From Eledone cirrhosa (lineage: Eukaryota), in assembly GCA_964016885.1 (NCBI GenBank), contig OZ024744.1:48298001-48362000 (forward strand): a stretch of 64,000 nucleotides of DNA, in the 5' to 3' direction. Shown piece after piece: positions 13,691 through 26,866 of the stretch. The notes beneath the pieces are model-generated. The model was not told the DNA's origin. It was given only the letters and a program-made list of their open reading frames with translations, and did not search any database. Position 1 is the stretch's first letter, and each line of letters opens with the position of its first letter. The translations under genes were made by a program, and so were the position numbers.

Positions 13691-16109
13691 CTGAAAATTG
13701 ACAAAAATACAATTTATATTTTTTAAATGAATGACATAAAGAAAGAGTAAACATAAGGTTTAAAATGATATATATGTTTTTGTTCTAGAAAAAAATTGCT
13801 GAAACAAATAAAACATAAAACCTGCAGGGGCTCCATTTCAAGTTTTGAAGGGTGAGAGACTATTGGTGTGTGACTACATAGGATAGAAAAGATTTCTAGT
13901 AGATCTGACCCTATGAAATCCATACAAGTATTGAAAGGGTAAAACAATGTAAGTGCATTCAGGAAATAGTCATTTGCAACAATCTCCATTATCTTTGAGA
14001 TAGGGTCAGAGAGAATATCCCTAAAAGTCCTTAAAATTCCCCAAACTTGCTGATATGTATCCTTATGAGTTTTTAATGCTAATAAATCTGTTAAGAGCTG
14101 TTTTGTTGTGAGAGGATATGGAATAAAAGTTGTTTTATCAACTCCAGGACTAGTCTGACTATTTTATTCTGTCCTAGAAGCATTGTCATCAATGTTTTGA
14201 GAGAAACCTTTCGTTGTCAACAGCGGTAGTAGGTCTCTGAACTTTTTCCATCCTAACTACTATGCTCTCAATGCAATCTTGTCTATTGCTTATTATATCA
14301 CCTAGGTAACAGAAGCTATCAACCACTTCTATGGATCCTTCCTGAGACATTATCACTTCACCTTAAACTACCAGACAAAAGCAATAAACTTGAAACAAAT
14401 CAGATCAAATGGTAGTTTGTTTAAATTAACATTTTGAAATTAAAGTAAGAAAAGGAAAAAGATGACATTTATAAACAACGAAAATTTATAAAGATGACAT
14501 TTATAAGCAACAAAAAGATGACATTTTTTTATAAGTGATGAAAAGATGACATTTATAACAAAACAGCGACATTTAGAGGCACTTGTGGAAAGATGACATT
14601 TACAAATTTTTTTGTGAAATTTTGTATTAATACAAAGAGCCTGTCAATTTAAAAAAAAATAGTTTTGATTACTGCTAATTAATATATCCTGTTATCTGCA
14701 TTATTACACCTGTTTTCTGATTGTGTTTGCTTGCAAGGGTTGGACAGATCTTCTCCACCACAGTAACCCTCCATCAATTCTGTCTAAGTCTCTGGTCTTC
14801 CTCTATCAAACTTCCTTCCACTTGTCTCTTTCTTTTGTCATTGTCTTCATCAGATCAACTTTCATCACTTCTACGAAAGTGCCTCCTTTGTGAGGTTCAC
14901 CCTCCTGAAATCAGCTTTCACCACTTCTCCCCCAGTCTACCTTGACACACCTCTACCAAAGTGCCTTCTTTGTGAAGTTCATCCTCTTGATATCAACATT
15001 CACACCACTTTAATCTAGGGAGCTATTTGAGACCCCAAAAATGGTCCTTTGAACCCTATATTATATCTGTTTGAGCACCAACCACTTTACAAAATGTACT
15101 GGGTGTATGTTATCATATCATCATCATGATACAGCTTGTAATGAATGATGTTGTCACAATTAAAGGCTTCTCTCTACTCTACATTGTCTTTATTCAATTG
15201 TTAACCACTTTAGAAAGTGTAATGGGTATTTTTATATCATGACACTAACATTATAGAAGTTTCTGTGTTTCCCACATGTTTCTGTTCTTTCAAAGCAAAA
15301 GTGTACAAGTCTACAAAGTAAAAGTGTACAAGGTTAGATGGAGTTAAAAGAAACAAAATGAATTTAAGAGTTAGTTGTGGAAGAATAAGATACGATAGTA
15401 AGGGATGGAGTGAGGTTGTCCTTACTTAATCAGGGCTAGATGAGCCAGGGGTCATGTTTTGCTGACATACGTTCTAGTTTTGGTATGGTTTCTCCAGATG
15501 GATACTATCCCTATCACCAGCCACTTTACAGAGTGTACTGGGTGTATTTGATTGTGGTACAAGCACTATGAAGGTTGTCATATCCTTGACAGAACTGAAG
15601 AGTCTGCTCAACCCTTTGTTTGATATGGTTTCTACAGCTGGATGCTAATGCCAACTTAATAATGAGGAAGTTAGTTACATTGCTAAATGTTTGATTATTT
15701 GGAAGTGATAAGCAGTCTCTTTTATTAAAAATATGGTAACAAAAAGGTTGGTTACTTTCTAAAAGAAAACATTTTTACAATATATATATGATTAGCAGTA
15801 TTTTAAATATAATTTAAACCTATCAACTCTATGTATTATTGTTATTATTTTTACTAACTAAGGTGGATTGGCAGTATCGGTAGAGCATCGATACCATGCT
15901 TTGTGGCATAGAGTTACGGCCCATTACACTGGATGAAGCTACTTGAGGCAGTTTTCTATAGCTAGATGACCAGTATGTATACACACACACACACACACAC
16001 ATATATAATAAAAAGGACAATTTGTTGTCTTCAATACGTTTATTGAGTAGTGACATGCATTTCGCTATTGATCAGCTCACGGTTCAATCCGTATTGATCT
16101 ACTAAATAT

Positions 16110-17180
16110 ATCATCATCATCATCATCGTTTAACATCCATCTTCCACGTTAGCATGGGTTAAACAATTTTGTTCCATTTGACTCAGGATTGGTTGGGAGA
16201 CCGTGTCTCGTTCGCACGGAAGTGTCTCTGGCAGGTTTGCTATGGCTGGATGCCCTTCCTAACACCAACCACATCCACTGTGTGGACTGGGAGCCTTTTT
16301 TACCGTGTTTTCTACATGACCACTTTACAGTGTGGACTGAGTGATTATTGTTGTGTCACTAACACAGTGGACGGAAATAGGAGGATGGGGTTGGGTGTGT
16401 GTGGTGGAGTGTACATTGGGTTAAGAGGTGCCTACTGACTGTAGGTTTGTATGCAAAGGAAGGCGGGTCTTCTGTACCACTGCATGGTACCAAAGATCTC
16501 GATCCAGTGACATTGTCTTAGAGAGGTGTAAGTGAGCAAACCTTGTCCCAGGTTTTTCTTGGTCTACCCACTCCATAGCTTCCATCAATTTTCATTGCTC
16601 TGCACTTTTGTATACAGCTGTTATCCTTCATACGCATCACATGTCTATACCAACATAAACTCCTCTACAGAACACAACATTTGATACCTCTTATGTTTAG
16701 TCTCTCTCTCAATTCGTTTATGCTTTGCTGTTCGCACACATTACTGTTACACATCCAGCAGAGTATGCAAGCTTCATTTCTTTCTAATCCACACAGGTCT
16801 TCAGCACACAATGCCCAAGTCTCACTACCACATAATATCGCTGTTCGTATATAAGCATCATATAGTCTGCCTTTCACTTTTAGAGAAAAACCCCTTGTGG
16901 CCAACAGCGGTATTAGCTCTCTGAACTTTTTCCATCCCGTTCTAACTCTGGCTACTGTACTTTCAGAGCATCCTCCTCCACTGCTGATTTTGACACCCAG
17001 GTAACGGAAAGTGTCTACTATTTCTATAGAACCATCTGGGCCGTTGATACTTACTGCACCTGAGCATCAGCCACATATAAAATATACATTCTTAGATAGT
17101 TTGCCTGTGATCCCACTACATCTTTTATGTACCCATAGTTTGCATTTGGGGCATAGAATGGAATTTCTACCTACTCCCTC
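16110..17180 (-). mobile_element. RTE LINE 3' fragment
   Basis: ORF 16665-16904 (KGRLYDAYIRTAIL.GSETW); 3' UTR and (cat)n tail at 16110. Confidence 0.88.
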
Positions 17181-17677
17181 CTATATAAATATAGTGAGAG
17201 AGAGAGAGAGATAGAGAGAGAGTAGTGAGGTTAATCCAAAGCATTGTCAAATATATAGTAAAAGATGATAAACTTTTTTTTAAAGACACAACAATGCAGT
17301 AGACAAATATAAAGGGCAAATGATGACAAATGAAACAAACAAAACAATGTAATGTTTTAGCCAATGTATTTAGCATGACATTTCAGGGCTATTACCCTCT
17401 TTTCAGATGTGAAACTGAAACAGTCCAAGATAAAATAATCAACACATAGAGCAGTTAGGGAAGAAAATTGAGTTTGAAGCATGAGTAAAATAAAATTTGT
17501 AGAATAATGAGAAGAACTCAATGCAAGGAAGCTACTAAAACAGCAAAATGCTATCAATGGTAGCATCAGGTAAAATTTACTTCAAAGGATAGAAATCAGC
17601 ACCTATATATATATATATATATATATAAAGAATGAATAATAACAGGTAGACATCATAAAAAGGTAGTTTATTCCGTG

Positions 17678-17789
17678 TGCTTACAAGTGTTTCCACGGTG
17701 GTGCTGCAGCCTAGTTCCGCTACGTGCAAATTCACAAGTATTTGCCGAACTCGAATATCCGATGCTGTGACCACTGTTTCCTCAGAGCA
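17678..17789 (-). ncRNA. Hammerhead ribozyme with long, imperfect stem II
   Basis: TGCT-CTGAGGA-[~80-nt stem II]-GAAAC-ACTT-GTA-AGCA. Confidence 0.6.
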
Positions 17790-18280
17790 GAATGGTAAAT
17801 ATACAATGTAAAAACCCTTAAGTGGGGTTGTTGGGGAAGATAGAGTGGAACAGGAAGAGAGAAAAGTAGGGAAGAAGGAGAGAGAAGGAAAGATATGCAG
17901 GGGTTGGAGAAGTAGGAGAGAGTGGCTTGTAGATATCTTAATCAAAATGTTATGGTAGGGGTTTTATTAGTTACTTTTGGAGAGATGCGTAGATAGTTGA
18001 GGTCGGAATTATTTATTGCCCCAGAGGGCAGGTTCATAAATGTTGAGAGGGAGGTAGGTCAAAGGTGAGAGAGCGAGAGTGTAATGGATGTAGAGAGAGA
18101 TATATAGGTAGAGAGGGGACAGATAAATATGTGTGGTGAGTGAACTTTTGGTTTTGTAGTAGTATTCTAGGAGTTGTACTGAGTTACCATGTATAGTGAT
18201 AAGCAGTGTATGGTCTTGTAGTGTGGGGGGAAGAGAGGGTTGTTAGCTAGAAAGTGGTGTTGTAGTTACGGGTTCGAATG

Positions 18281-18859
18281 TTAAGTTATTTTATAGTGAG
18301 AGAATTTAGCTTTTAGTTTGTGGTTGTAGTATAATGATCGTTCAATTCTATCGTTAAGTAGTTTGTTTTTGGATTTTAGTATGTAAAATAGCTCAAGGTT
18401 ACATAACCTGCAGTACTTCAAACCACTCCGATATGCATTTGCGCTGGAAAGTATATCCCATTTTAAGGTGAACTCTTGGTTGTGTTCACGGAGTTGCCAG
18501 GTCTTGTTGGCGAGCGTGGTCACAAAACGGTGATTCTGATGTTTGATTGAGAATCGATGACGGTACCAGCGAGATTTAAACGATGTGGTGGTAGATCCGA
18601 TATAATACCATTTCTGGTCGTCCGATTCAACCGTGCATTGGTAAACAATGTTGGACTTTAGGCATTCATTCTGCAATGGACATCTTTCAGGTAGATGGCA
18701 GTTACATGCTTTGTTGTAGGTAGCGGGTATACCATGGATAGGTTGTGATAGCGGTACAGGTGGGTTGTGCAATACCCGTCTCCCATTTAGTGGTTGGGAG
18801 GCAGATATTGCGTTCTGCCCATCTGTTACTAAAATGTTTTGTTTAGTAGAGTTGTTCAA
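18281..18859 (-). CDS. PLE GIY-YIG endonuclease domain (partial ORF)
   Basis: CNC..CPL..CL.SNIVYQC..YYIGST..FKSRW..H..CRLCNLE..LLN. Confidence 0.85.
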   Translation of the reverse strand: MNNSTKQNILVTDGQNAISASQPLNGRRVLHNPPVPLSQPIHGIPATYNKACNCHLPERCPLQNECLKSNIVYQCTVESDDQKWYYIGSTTTSFKSRWYRHRFSIKHQNHRFVTTLANKTWQLREHNQEFTLKWDILSSANAYRSGLKYCRLCNLELFYILKSKNKLLNDRIERSLYYNHKLKAKFSHYKIT

Positions 18860-19165
18860 TTGCCTTAAGTTAAGTTTTTTATGTATGCTTCAAGGTTTGG
18901 TGCCGTGGAGTATGATAGTCTAATAGTTTTGGAGTTCTAGGCTTCAGCACCACCGTGGAAACACTTGTAAGCACACGGAATAAACTACCTTTTTATGATG
19001 TCTACCTGTTATTATTCATTCTTTATATACACTCCGGAATACTGAAGGATCAGGAACTTAGTTTCTTGAACAATTCTTCCATAACTCGTAGAGTAATCTC
19101 TTACCGTACGTCAACCATATCCAGTGTAGTAATTAACCATCACTACATTTTGGATAATCCTATAC

Positions 19166-19198
<33 letters not shown>

Positions 19199-19335
19199 CT
19201 GGTGATAAAATGTTAAGACCCCCTTCCTGTTATATCAAGCGTTAACCTAATATATTCCTTCCATATACTGTACCGATTGTGTTGTTATTTCTGTTTACCT
19301 TTTACATACATATATATATATATTATATATATATA

Positions 19336-19400
<65 letters not shown>

Positions 19401-19403
<3 letters not shown>

Positions 19404-19945
19404 TGTTATACTTTGGGAGGGTCATGTTGCCAATAAACATAAATGAACTCCAACCAAAATTAAGTAGAAAACATGAATGGAACAGCAACATCACAACTTA
19501 CAATTAAGGACAAAATGAAAACACACACACACATAGAACAAACAACTAACCAGTAACATGTAAATAAACAAATAAATAAACAAATATAAACACACACAGA
19601 CACCCGGATGTAACACATGCGCAAACTAAGCACACAACACACACAAAAACAAATGGCGTAGGACAGAACAAAGGAGAGGCACAAAAACAAAGAAAAGAAT
19701 CCCCAGTCACTGAAGAGGTCACAGAATGTGTGACGAAAGAACTTTGACAATATATGGTGGAACCAACCAACCAACCTGAAATTTATAAATTCCTAAATTT
19801 ATAAATTTAATTTATAATAAATTGAAGTGAAAGCAACTGGTGCGTGTCTTTCTTATTGGCAACATGACCCTCCCAAAGTATAATAATATCGGTTTCAACA
19901 CACGTTTTCAGATAAAGAATCTTGCTAAACAAATTCAGAAACGAA
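19401..19945 (+). mobile_element. PLE family A 3' fragment with hammerhead (19706-19748) and short inverted 5' arm
   Basis: End of a GIY-YIG ORF (INELQPKLSRKHEWNSN); GTCA-CTGAAGA-G-GTCACA..TGTGAC-GAAAGAACTT-TGAC; 19403-19435 is inverted at ~19853-19887. Confidence 0.82.
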
Positions 19946-19960
19946 ATATATATATAGATA

Positions 19961-19993
<33 letters not shown>

Positions 19994-20384
19994 AATATTT
20001 TCTGAGATGTTGAAAGTATCTGGGATGGTAGGCCACACCTTAACCACCTGTATCAGAAACCAATTAATACAAAATGGTCCTATACCAATAACTGGTGAAG
20101 CAGTAGCAACATCAACTGCTCCAAATGCAAAGGTGATGCATTAGACAAAGGAAACTACAGAGGCATCAAATTAATGGACCAGGTCATGCAAATTACAGAA
20201 AGAGACATTTAGAATAGTAAATCACAATTCTTCAAGCCTAGACAGATCTGTATCAAGCCATGAGAAACAATGCCAATTACCATCATTAAATAAATAAAAT
20301 GCAAAGTTAAGATGTTTAGCTCTCTTCTGTAGGCACATCTTATGAACCATACTAGATATCAAACTTCCACCATTATGTAAAATG

Positions 20385-21110
20385 ATCATCATCATCATCA
20401 CTGATTAATGTCAATGTTTCCACACTAGTATGGATTAGACAGGTTGTCCTGTTGAGAGCTATGCCAGGTAAGGTGACCATATCTTACTCATACAGGACTG
20501 ATTTTGGCTTGATTTCTATAGCTGGATGCCCTTCCTAACACTAACTTCTTTTACAGTGAGTGATGGGTGCTTTTTTACTGTTGCGCATACATGACAACTT
20601 TACAGTGTGGACTGGGTGCTTTTTTGTTGTGACACCTCCACAACCACTTTACAGTGGGAGGGGCATGGGCACATATTGTCTATATGCTTCAGCTTTGGCT
20701 TGTTCCCATGGGAAGTCGGGTCTTCTGTATTACTGTGTAGCGCCAGAGGTCTCGGTCCTGTGTGATTGCCTTTGAGAGGTGCAATTGGGCAAGGTAGTTT
20801 TTTATCACTTCGTCCCAGGTCTTCTTGGGTCTCCCCACTCCAAGGCTTCCAGCAACTTTTAGTGCTCTGCACCTTTTTAAGCAACTGTCATCCTTCATAT
20901 GCATCACATGTCCATACCAACACAACCTCCTCTCCTACACACAACATTTGATTCCTCGTATGTTTAGTCTCTCTCTCAGTTAGTTTATGCTTTGCCGTTC
21001 ACATATATTACTATTACACATCCATCGGAGCACGCACGCTTTGTTTCTTTCTAATCTACGCAAGTCTTCTGCACACAACGCCCTGGTCTTACTACCATGT
21101 AACATTGCTA
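20385..21110 (-). mobile_element. RTE LINE 3' fragment
   Basis: ORF 20689-20925 (WYGHVMHM..GRPKKTW) plus 3' UTR. Confidence 0.88.
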
Positions 21111-21805
21111 CATGTGTTCGAAATATTAACACTTGCTGGACAGAAGCAGGCAGGTAGAGAGGAATGCTAAAAATTGCTCATCACTAGAATGTGAAGTAAC
21201 TCAAATAATATATTAAATATTCGATATCCTTCTACATTATTTATTAGGAGGTGGATTATCAGTATCAGTAGAGTGTTGGGCAACATTCTTCATAGCATAG
21301 AGTTACGGCCCTTTGCATTCTGATTTCAAATCCCACCGTGGTTTGCCTTTCATCCTTATGGGGTAGATAAAATAAAGCACCAGTAATTGACTGGTGTTGA
21401 TATAATCAACTTTCCCTTCCCCCAAATTACTAGCCTTGTGAAATCATTACTTATTAAAATACTATTTCTTTTATTTCTACCATTTTTATTCATAAAGATC
21501 TGTATTTTATACTTCTTAATAACCATGTGTTGTAATGTAGTAGTATAATTCAGAAGAGATAGGTCCCACAACAAGAAGGACCGAATCCACCCTGTAAAGT
21601 GTTAATGCTGCTGTTATGGAAAAAAAGCTCCCATATAAGGTGTAAAGTGGTTGGCAATAGGAAGGGCATCCAACATTAGAAAACCAAGTCAAAAAATGGA
21701 TTACATGAGCAAGACATGATCACCTGACTTATCTGGCCTCATAACATAACAGCACTGCTAACCCATGCAGACATGGAAACTAGCCCTTAACTGGTGATGA
21801 TGATG

Positions 21806-21870
<65 letters not shown>

Positions 21871-22652
21871 TACATATATAATTCTAAACTTGGGGTTGAC
21901 AGGTAGCAAAAGAGGTCAGTAGGTGCCAGAGAGAGTCCTTAAGTCTATGCTTCCCCCACTAAAATATAATATATATTGACTGCTGTCTGTAGAGGTAGAT
22001 ATATGCATTGTACAATGGTGTACTGCAGCCCCACCCCTCCCTGCACTTGTTGAACTGTCCTAAAGGTGGTGATGATGATGATGGCAGTGGTGGTAGTAGT
22101 GGTAGGGTTGTGATAATGGTGTGTATATACATGTATATACACGCGGGTGTGTGTGTGAGTGTGTGTGCGTGTGTATATATACATACACACACGTACACAC
22201 ACACGCACATATATATATGTAGATAGATAGACAAGTAGACAGATAGGTAGGTAGATAGATAGATAAATTTCTTTATTAGCCACAAGGGCACAAAAGAAGG
22301 GGACAAATACAAATGGGGAGAGACAGATAGGTAGGTAGATAGGTTGATAGATAGATAGAGAGAGTGAGAGAGAGAGAGAGCGAGAAAGAGAGAGAGAGAC
22401 TGATAGATAGATAGACAGACAGATAGATAAATAGATGGATAGAATGGACACTTCCCCAGATTTATCATTTCAAAACAAACCTATTGAACTCAGTATGTGT
22501 TATATTTTAAACACCAGAGTTTTTTTTCTTAACAGCTTGAAGCCTGGGTATATATATATTACTAAGGTGTCTAGAATGTGTTTACACTGCAGTGACCTAT
22601 GTTATGTGCACGCACAGACACACACACACACACGTGTGAGCACACACATAAT

Positions 22653-22689
<37 letters not shown>

Positions 22690-23088
22690 TGATATACACA
22701 CATATCTTACATATATACATATATAAATAAATATATTCATATTCATATGTGTATATATTTACACATATACATAAATAAATATATACATATTCATATATAT
22801 ATATATACACACAAATATATATACATATACATATACATATATATATATGTACAAATACATATATACACACGTATAAATATATATATATACATATATTATA
22901 TATATATATATATAATATAAGCAAAAGGGATATTCAATTTGTTGGTAATTCAACAAATATATGTTTATAACTGATTCAGAACACTCGACAGATTTTCAGG
23001 AGTATAATATTCAATGATATTAAATAAATGGAAACTATATTTATAAAACCATATTTATTCTCAAGGAAAACTTGATATATATATATAA

Positions 23089-23270
23089 TTAATAATTGTT
23101 TCTACTTTAGGCACAAGGCCAGCAATTACCCAGTGCATTACTGGTACTTTATTTTATCGACCCCGTAAGGATGAAAGGCAAAGTCAACCTCGGCGGGATT
23201 TGAACTCAGATCGTAAAGGGTCGTAACTTTGCTGGAAAGCATGGCGTCCGACCCTCTACCGATACTGCCA
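23089..23270 (-). mobile_element. tRNA-derived SINE with Meta/Sauria-like central domain
   Basis: A box (tggcagtatcggtaga), B box (gagttcaaatcc), core gcctttcatccttacggggtcgataaaataaagtaccagt and (taa) tail. Confidence 0.8.
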
Positions 23271-23711
23271 GGAATGAGGTGTCAATATTGTCATTAAATA
23301 TTAAATTTATATATATATATATATAAATTATTAATACAGCTTAAAGTTGAAGCAAAGAATTGCTGCTTTCACTGTATTCCAGAATCTTCTGAAACAAAAA
23401 AATCAATCTATAGACGCAGAAGAAAGTATTTTAAAAAATGTTACAACAGAAGGAAAACTGCAAGACGATCTGTTGGTTTGTGAAGAAGTTCTCTGACGAT
23501 ATAATCTTTACTGAGCCCTCTTTGGATTTTGTTCTTCATAATTATTACTATATGTATATTACTACTACAGAGGTCCGACGAGCTTTTGATTCCAGAGTCA
23601 GGTCAGATCAATACAGATCGAACTGTGAGCTGGTCGGTAGCGAAACGCGTGTCACTATCCAATAAACGTAATGAAAGAGTAACCATTCGTCCTTGTATTA
23701 TTATTATTATT

Positions 23712-23905
23712 GGTGAATTGGCAGTATCGGTAGAGGGCCGGACGCAATGCTTTCTAGCATAGTTACATACCTTTACGGTCTGAATTCAAATCCTGTCGAG
23801 GTTAATTTGCCTTTCATCCTTATGTGGTCGATAAAATAAAGTACCAGTAATGCACTGGGTATTTTGCTGGCCTTGTGCTAAAAGTAGAAATAATAATTAT
23901 TATTA
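23712..23905 (+). mobile_element. Same SINE family
   Basis: High similarity to 23089-23270; degenerate copies at ~15862, ~21248, ~34398 and ~38975. Confidence 0.8.
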
Positions 23906-23929
23906 TTATTATAATATATATATATATAT

Positions 23930-25110
23930 ATATCATCATCATCATCATCACTGTTTTACGTCCGTTCTTCCACGTTAGTATGGGTTAGACAGGTTGTCCT
24001 GTTGTGAGCAGTATCCAGTTGGCTGACCTTGTCTTGATCATAGGGGAACTGATTCTGGCTTGATTTCTACATCTGGATACCCTTCCTAACACCAACCTCA
24101 TTTACAGTGAGTGCTGGGTGCTTTTTTTCCGTGGCACCTCCACGACCACTTTGAAGTGGGAGGGTGTGGGGGCATATTGTCTATATGCTTCAGCGTCGGC
24201 TTGTTCCTGTGGGGGGGGGGGTCTTCTGTATTACTGCGTGACACCAGAGGTCACGGTCGTGTGTCATTACCCTTGAGAGGTGTAATTGGATAAGATCAGC
24301 CTTTATCACCTCATCCCAGGTCTTCTTGGGTCTCCCCACTCCGCGGCTTCCATCGACTTCTAGTACTCTGCACCTTTTTATGCAGCTGTCATCCTTCATA
24401 CACATCACATATCCATACCAGCGCAACCTCCTCTCCTGCACACAGCATTTGATTCCTCTTATGCTCAGTCTCTCTCTCAATTCGTTTATACTTTGCCGTT
24501 CGCATATATTACTATTACACATCCATCGGAGCATGCAAGCTACGTTTCTTTCTAATCTACGTAAGTCTTCTACAGACAGCACTCATGTCTCACTACCATG
24601 TAACATTGCTGTTCATATACACGCATAATACAGTCTGCCTTTAATTTTGAGGGAAAAGCCTTTTGCAGCTAGCAGTGGCAGTAGCTCCCTGAACTTCTTC
24701 CATCCCGTTCTTACCCTAGTTATTGTACTTTCCGAACACACACCCACCTCCACTGCTAATTCGGTCACCTAGGTAGCAGAAGCTGTCTACTGTTTCTACA
24801 GAGCCCTCACAGAGTTTGGTGGTGCTTGTTTCCTGTGGTCGTTTGCTGCTTGCTGTCCCAGTGCAGCTGCTACATATGAAGCCTACATTCTTAGTTAATC
24901 TTCCTGAGATCCCACTACATCTCTTGTGTATCTTTTGTTTGCATTTGGGGCAGAGGATAGAGTTCCTACCTACACCTTTCCTACATACTGAGCAAGGCCA
25001 TTTCCCTGAGGGGATCTGGGTTCTGTTTTCTCGTCTACTTACAAGAACCTTAGTCTTTGACAGGTTGACTTTAAGACCCTTTCTTTCTAGTCCCTGCTTC
25101 CATGTTTGGA
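23930..25110 (-). mobile_element. RTE LINE 3' fragment
   Basis: ORFs 24716-25110 (GLKVNLSKTK, FCYLGD) and 24190-24582; 3' UTR present. Confidence 0.9.
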
Positions 25111-25174
25111 AATATATATATATATATATATCATCCCAGTCCCACCCTTGCAAGCAGGGAAAATCAGACGTAAA

Positions 25175-25221
<47 letters not shown>

Positions 25222-25974
25222 ATATACATGTAGGTGATATTAAGTTACATGATAATTTGCCATGACATGGCAAATATATCATTTTTTTTATAAGAGGTGG
25301 CAAAAATCCATATGACTATACTTAACTTTTTCACTGGGTTTGTGGAAGGGTTTGTATGTGTGTGTATGTATATCTAAGTTAACATCTAGGAAGTTAAAGT
25401 TCATGAGGTAAATTTTCAAGATGGTAAATTTTAACCCTTAGAACTCTCCTATACTTTCAAGAGTCTCCCTGGATGGAATTTATGCCAACTCCCTTTCTAC
25501 ATATTGAGCAGACCCACTTCCCTGAAGGAATCAGAATCCTATCCCTCTTTCCTACATGCCAAAATGTATGACTGAATACACGTGCTTTTTCTAAAATATT
25601 TTCTTCTGTCCTTTCCTCTTCTCACTCTCTATCTACCTATTTCCTCTTCTATTTCTCATTCTATCTTTTGATGAAAGACTAGTGTCCAAAATGTAAAGAT
25701 TCTTTTCCAATTATTTCAAGTGTTAAAGTAATATATTTCTTCATTGTACTGTGTTGTTTGCTTTGTGGTTTCTATTTACTTTTTGCATGTACATATACAT
25801 ATATATATATTTATAAGCAGAAGGGATATTCAATTTGTTGGTAATTCAACAAATATAAATGTTTGATAGCGTACCAAAAGTTTGGTACCCTTGAAATATA
25901 TATAATAGAATAAATATGGTTTTATAAATATAGTTTTCATTTATTTAATATCATTGTATATATATATATACATA

Positions 25975-26866
25975 CAGGGTGCGGACAATATCTGTTCGCA
26001 AGATTACTGTCTAAGAAAAAATAACACAGTAGTTTTATTTTTTAAGATTTATTTATCAAACTTGGGTCAGTTTGTTTTCATGACTTGTTCTTTCGATCTC
26101 ACTCGATAAACCCGCCATTGGCTTTGATGACGGCCTCAAGGCGGCCTCGGAACCGGCTACAGGCCTTCGTCACAGTCCCCCGACTTAGGCCCCTAAAGGC
26201 ACTTGTGATCCTGGCCTTCAGATCGTCTTTCGTATTGCAGCTAGATCTGTTGGTGTCTCGTTCCACTGCGCCCCACACAAAGAAGTCGAGGGGGTTGCAG
26301 TCAGGCGAGCTGGGAGGCCAGATGTTAGGTGAAGTGTGGTCGACGAAGTTCTCTGACAGTCAGGCTTGGGTCTTTCAGCTGGTATGGCAGGGCACTGAGT
26401 CTTGCTGCCACATGTACGGCCTACCTGCAGCTACCTTGTCGATCCAGGGCTTTACTACCACGCTCAGAACGCGGATGTAGCCATTGGTGTTCAGCTTGAG
26501 GCCCTCAGGGAAGAAGTGAGGTGGCATGACGTCACCTTGACTGCTGACCACACCTAAGACCAATGTTCTTGCTGGAAACTTTGTCTGCATGACTCTGGGC
26601 ACGTCTTTGGATGAGACAGCGAGCCACCTGTTGTTCTGGGAGTTGATTTTCTCGTCTTATTTGTCCTCCCGGCACGGATTCCAAGAAGAACTCCATGTCT
26701 CTTCCACAAATTTGGAGGTTCAAAATTATTCATAATCAATTATTCTGAAAATAAATAATGGAAATATAGTCACTGTTTTTATGAAGACAAGAGTGACAAC
26801 AGAAGTAAAAAAAATTGGCATAAAATTAGCAGTTGAAAATTACGAACAGATATCGTCCGCACCCTG
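25975..26866 (-). mobile_element. Tc1/mariner DD37D (maT) transposon, internally deleted
   Basis: TIRs cagggtgcggacaatatctgttcgcaa / ttacgaacagatatcgtccgcaccctg with TA TSD. WQQD..(37 aa)..WPPSSPDCNPLD, containing two in-frame stops. Confidence 0.88.

Larger units (their letters stand above)
17621..19170 (-). mobile_element. 5'-truncated Penelope-like element with inverted terminal segment
   Basis: GIY-YIG ORF; 17621-17707 is inverted at 18944-19029, followed by a ~140-bp tail; flanked by (TA)n. Confidence 0.88.

Noticed and set aside
17800-18280. SECIS element downstream of the PLE ORF (some PLEs encode selenoproteins)
   Set aside because: No in-frame TGA in the visible ORF and no AUGA..AA..GA kink-turn geometry found.
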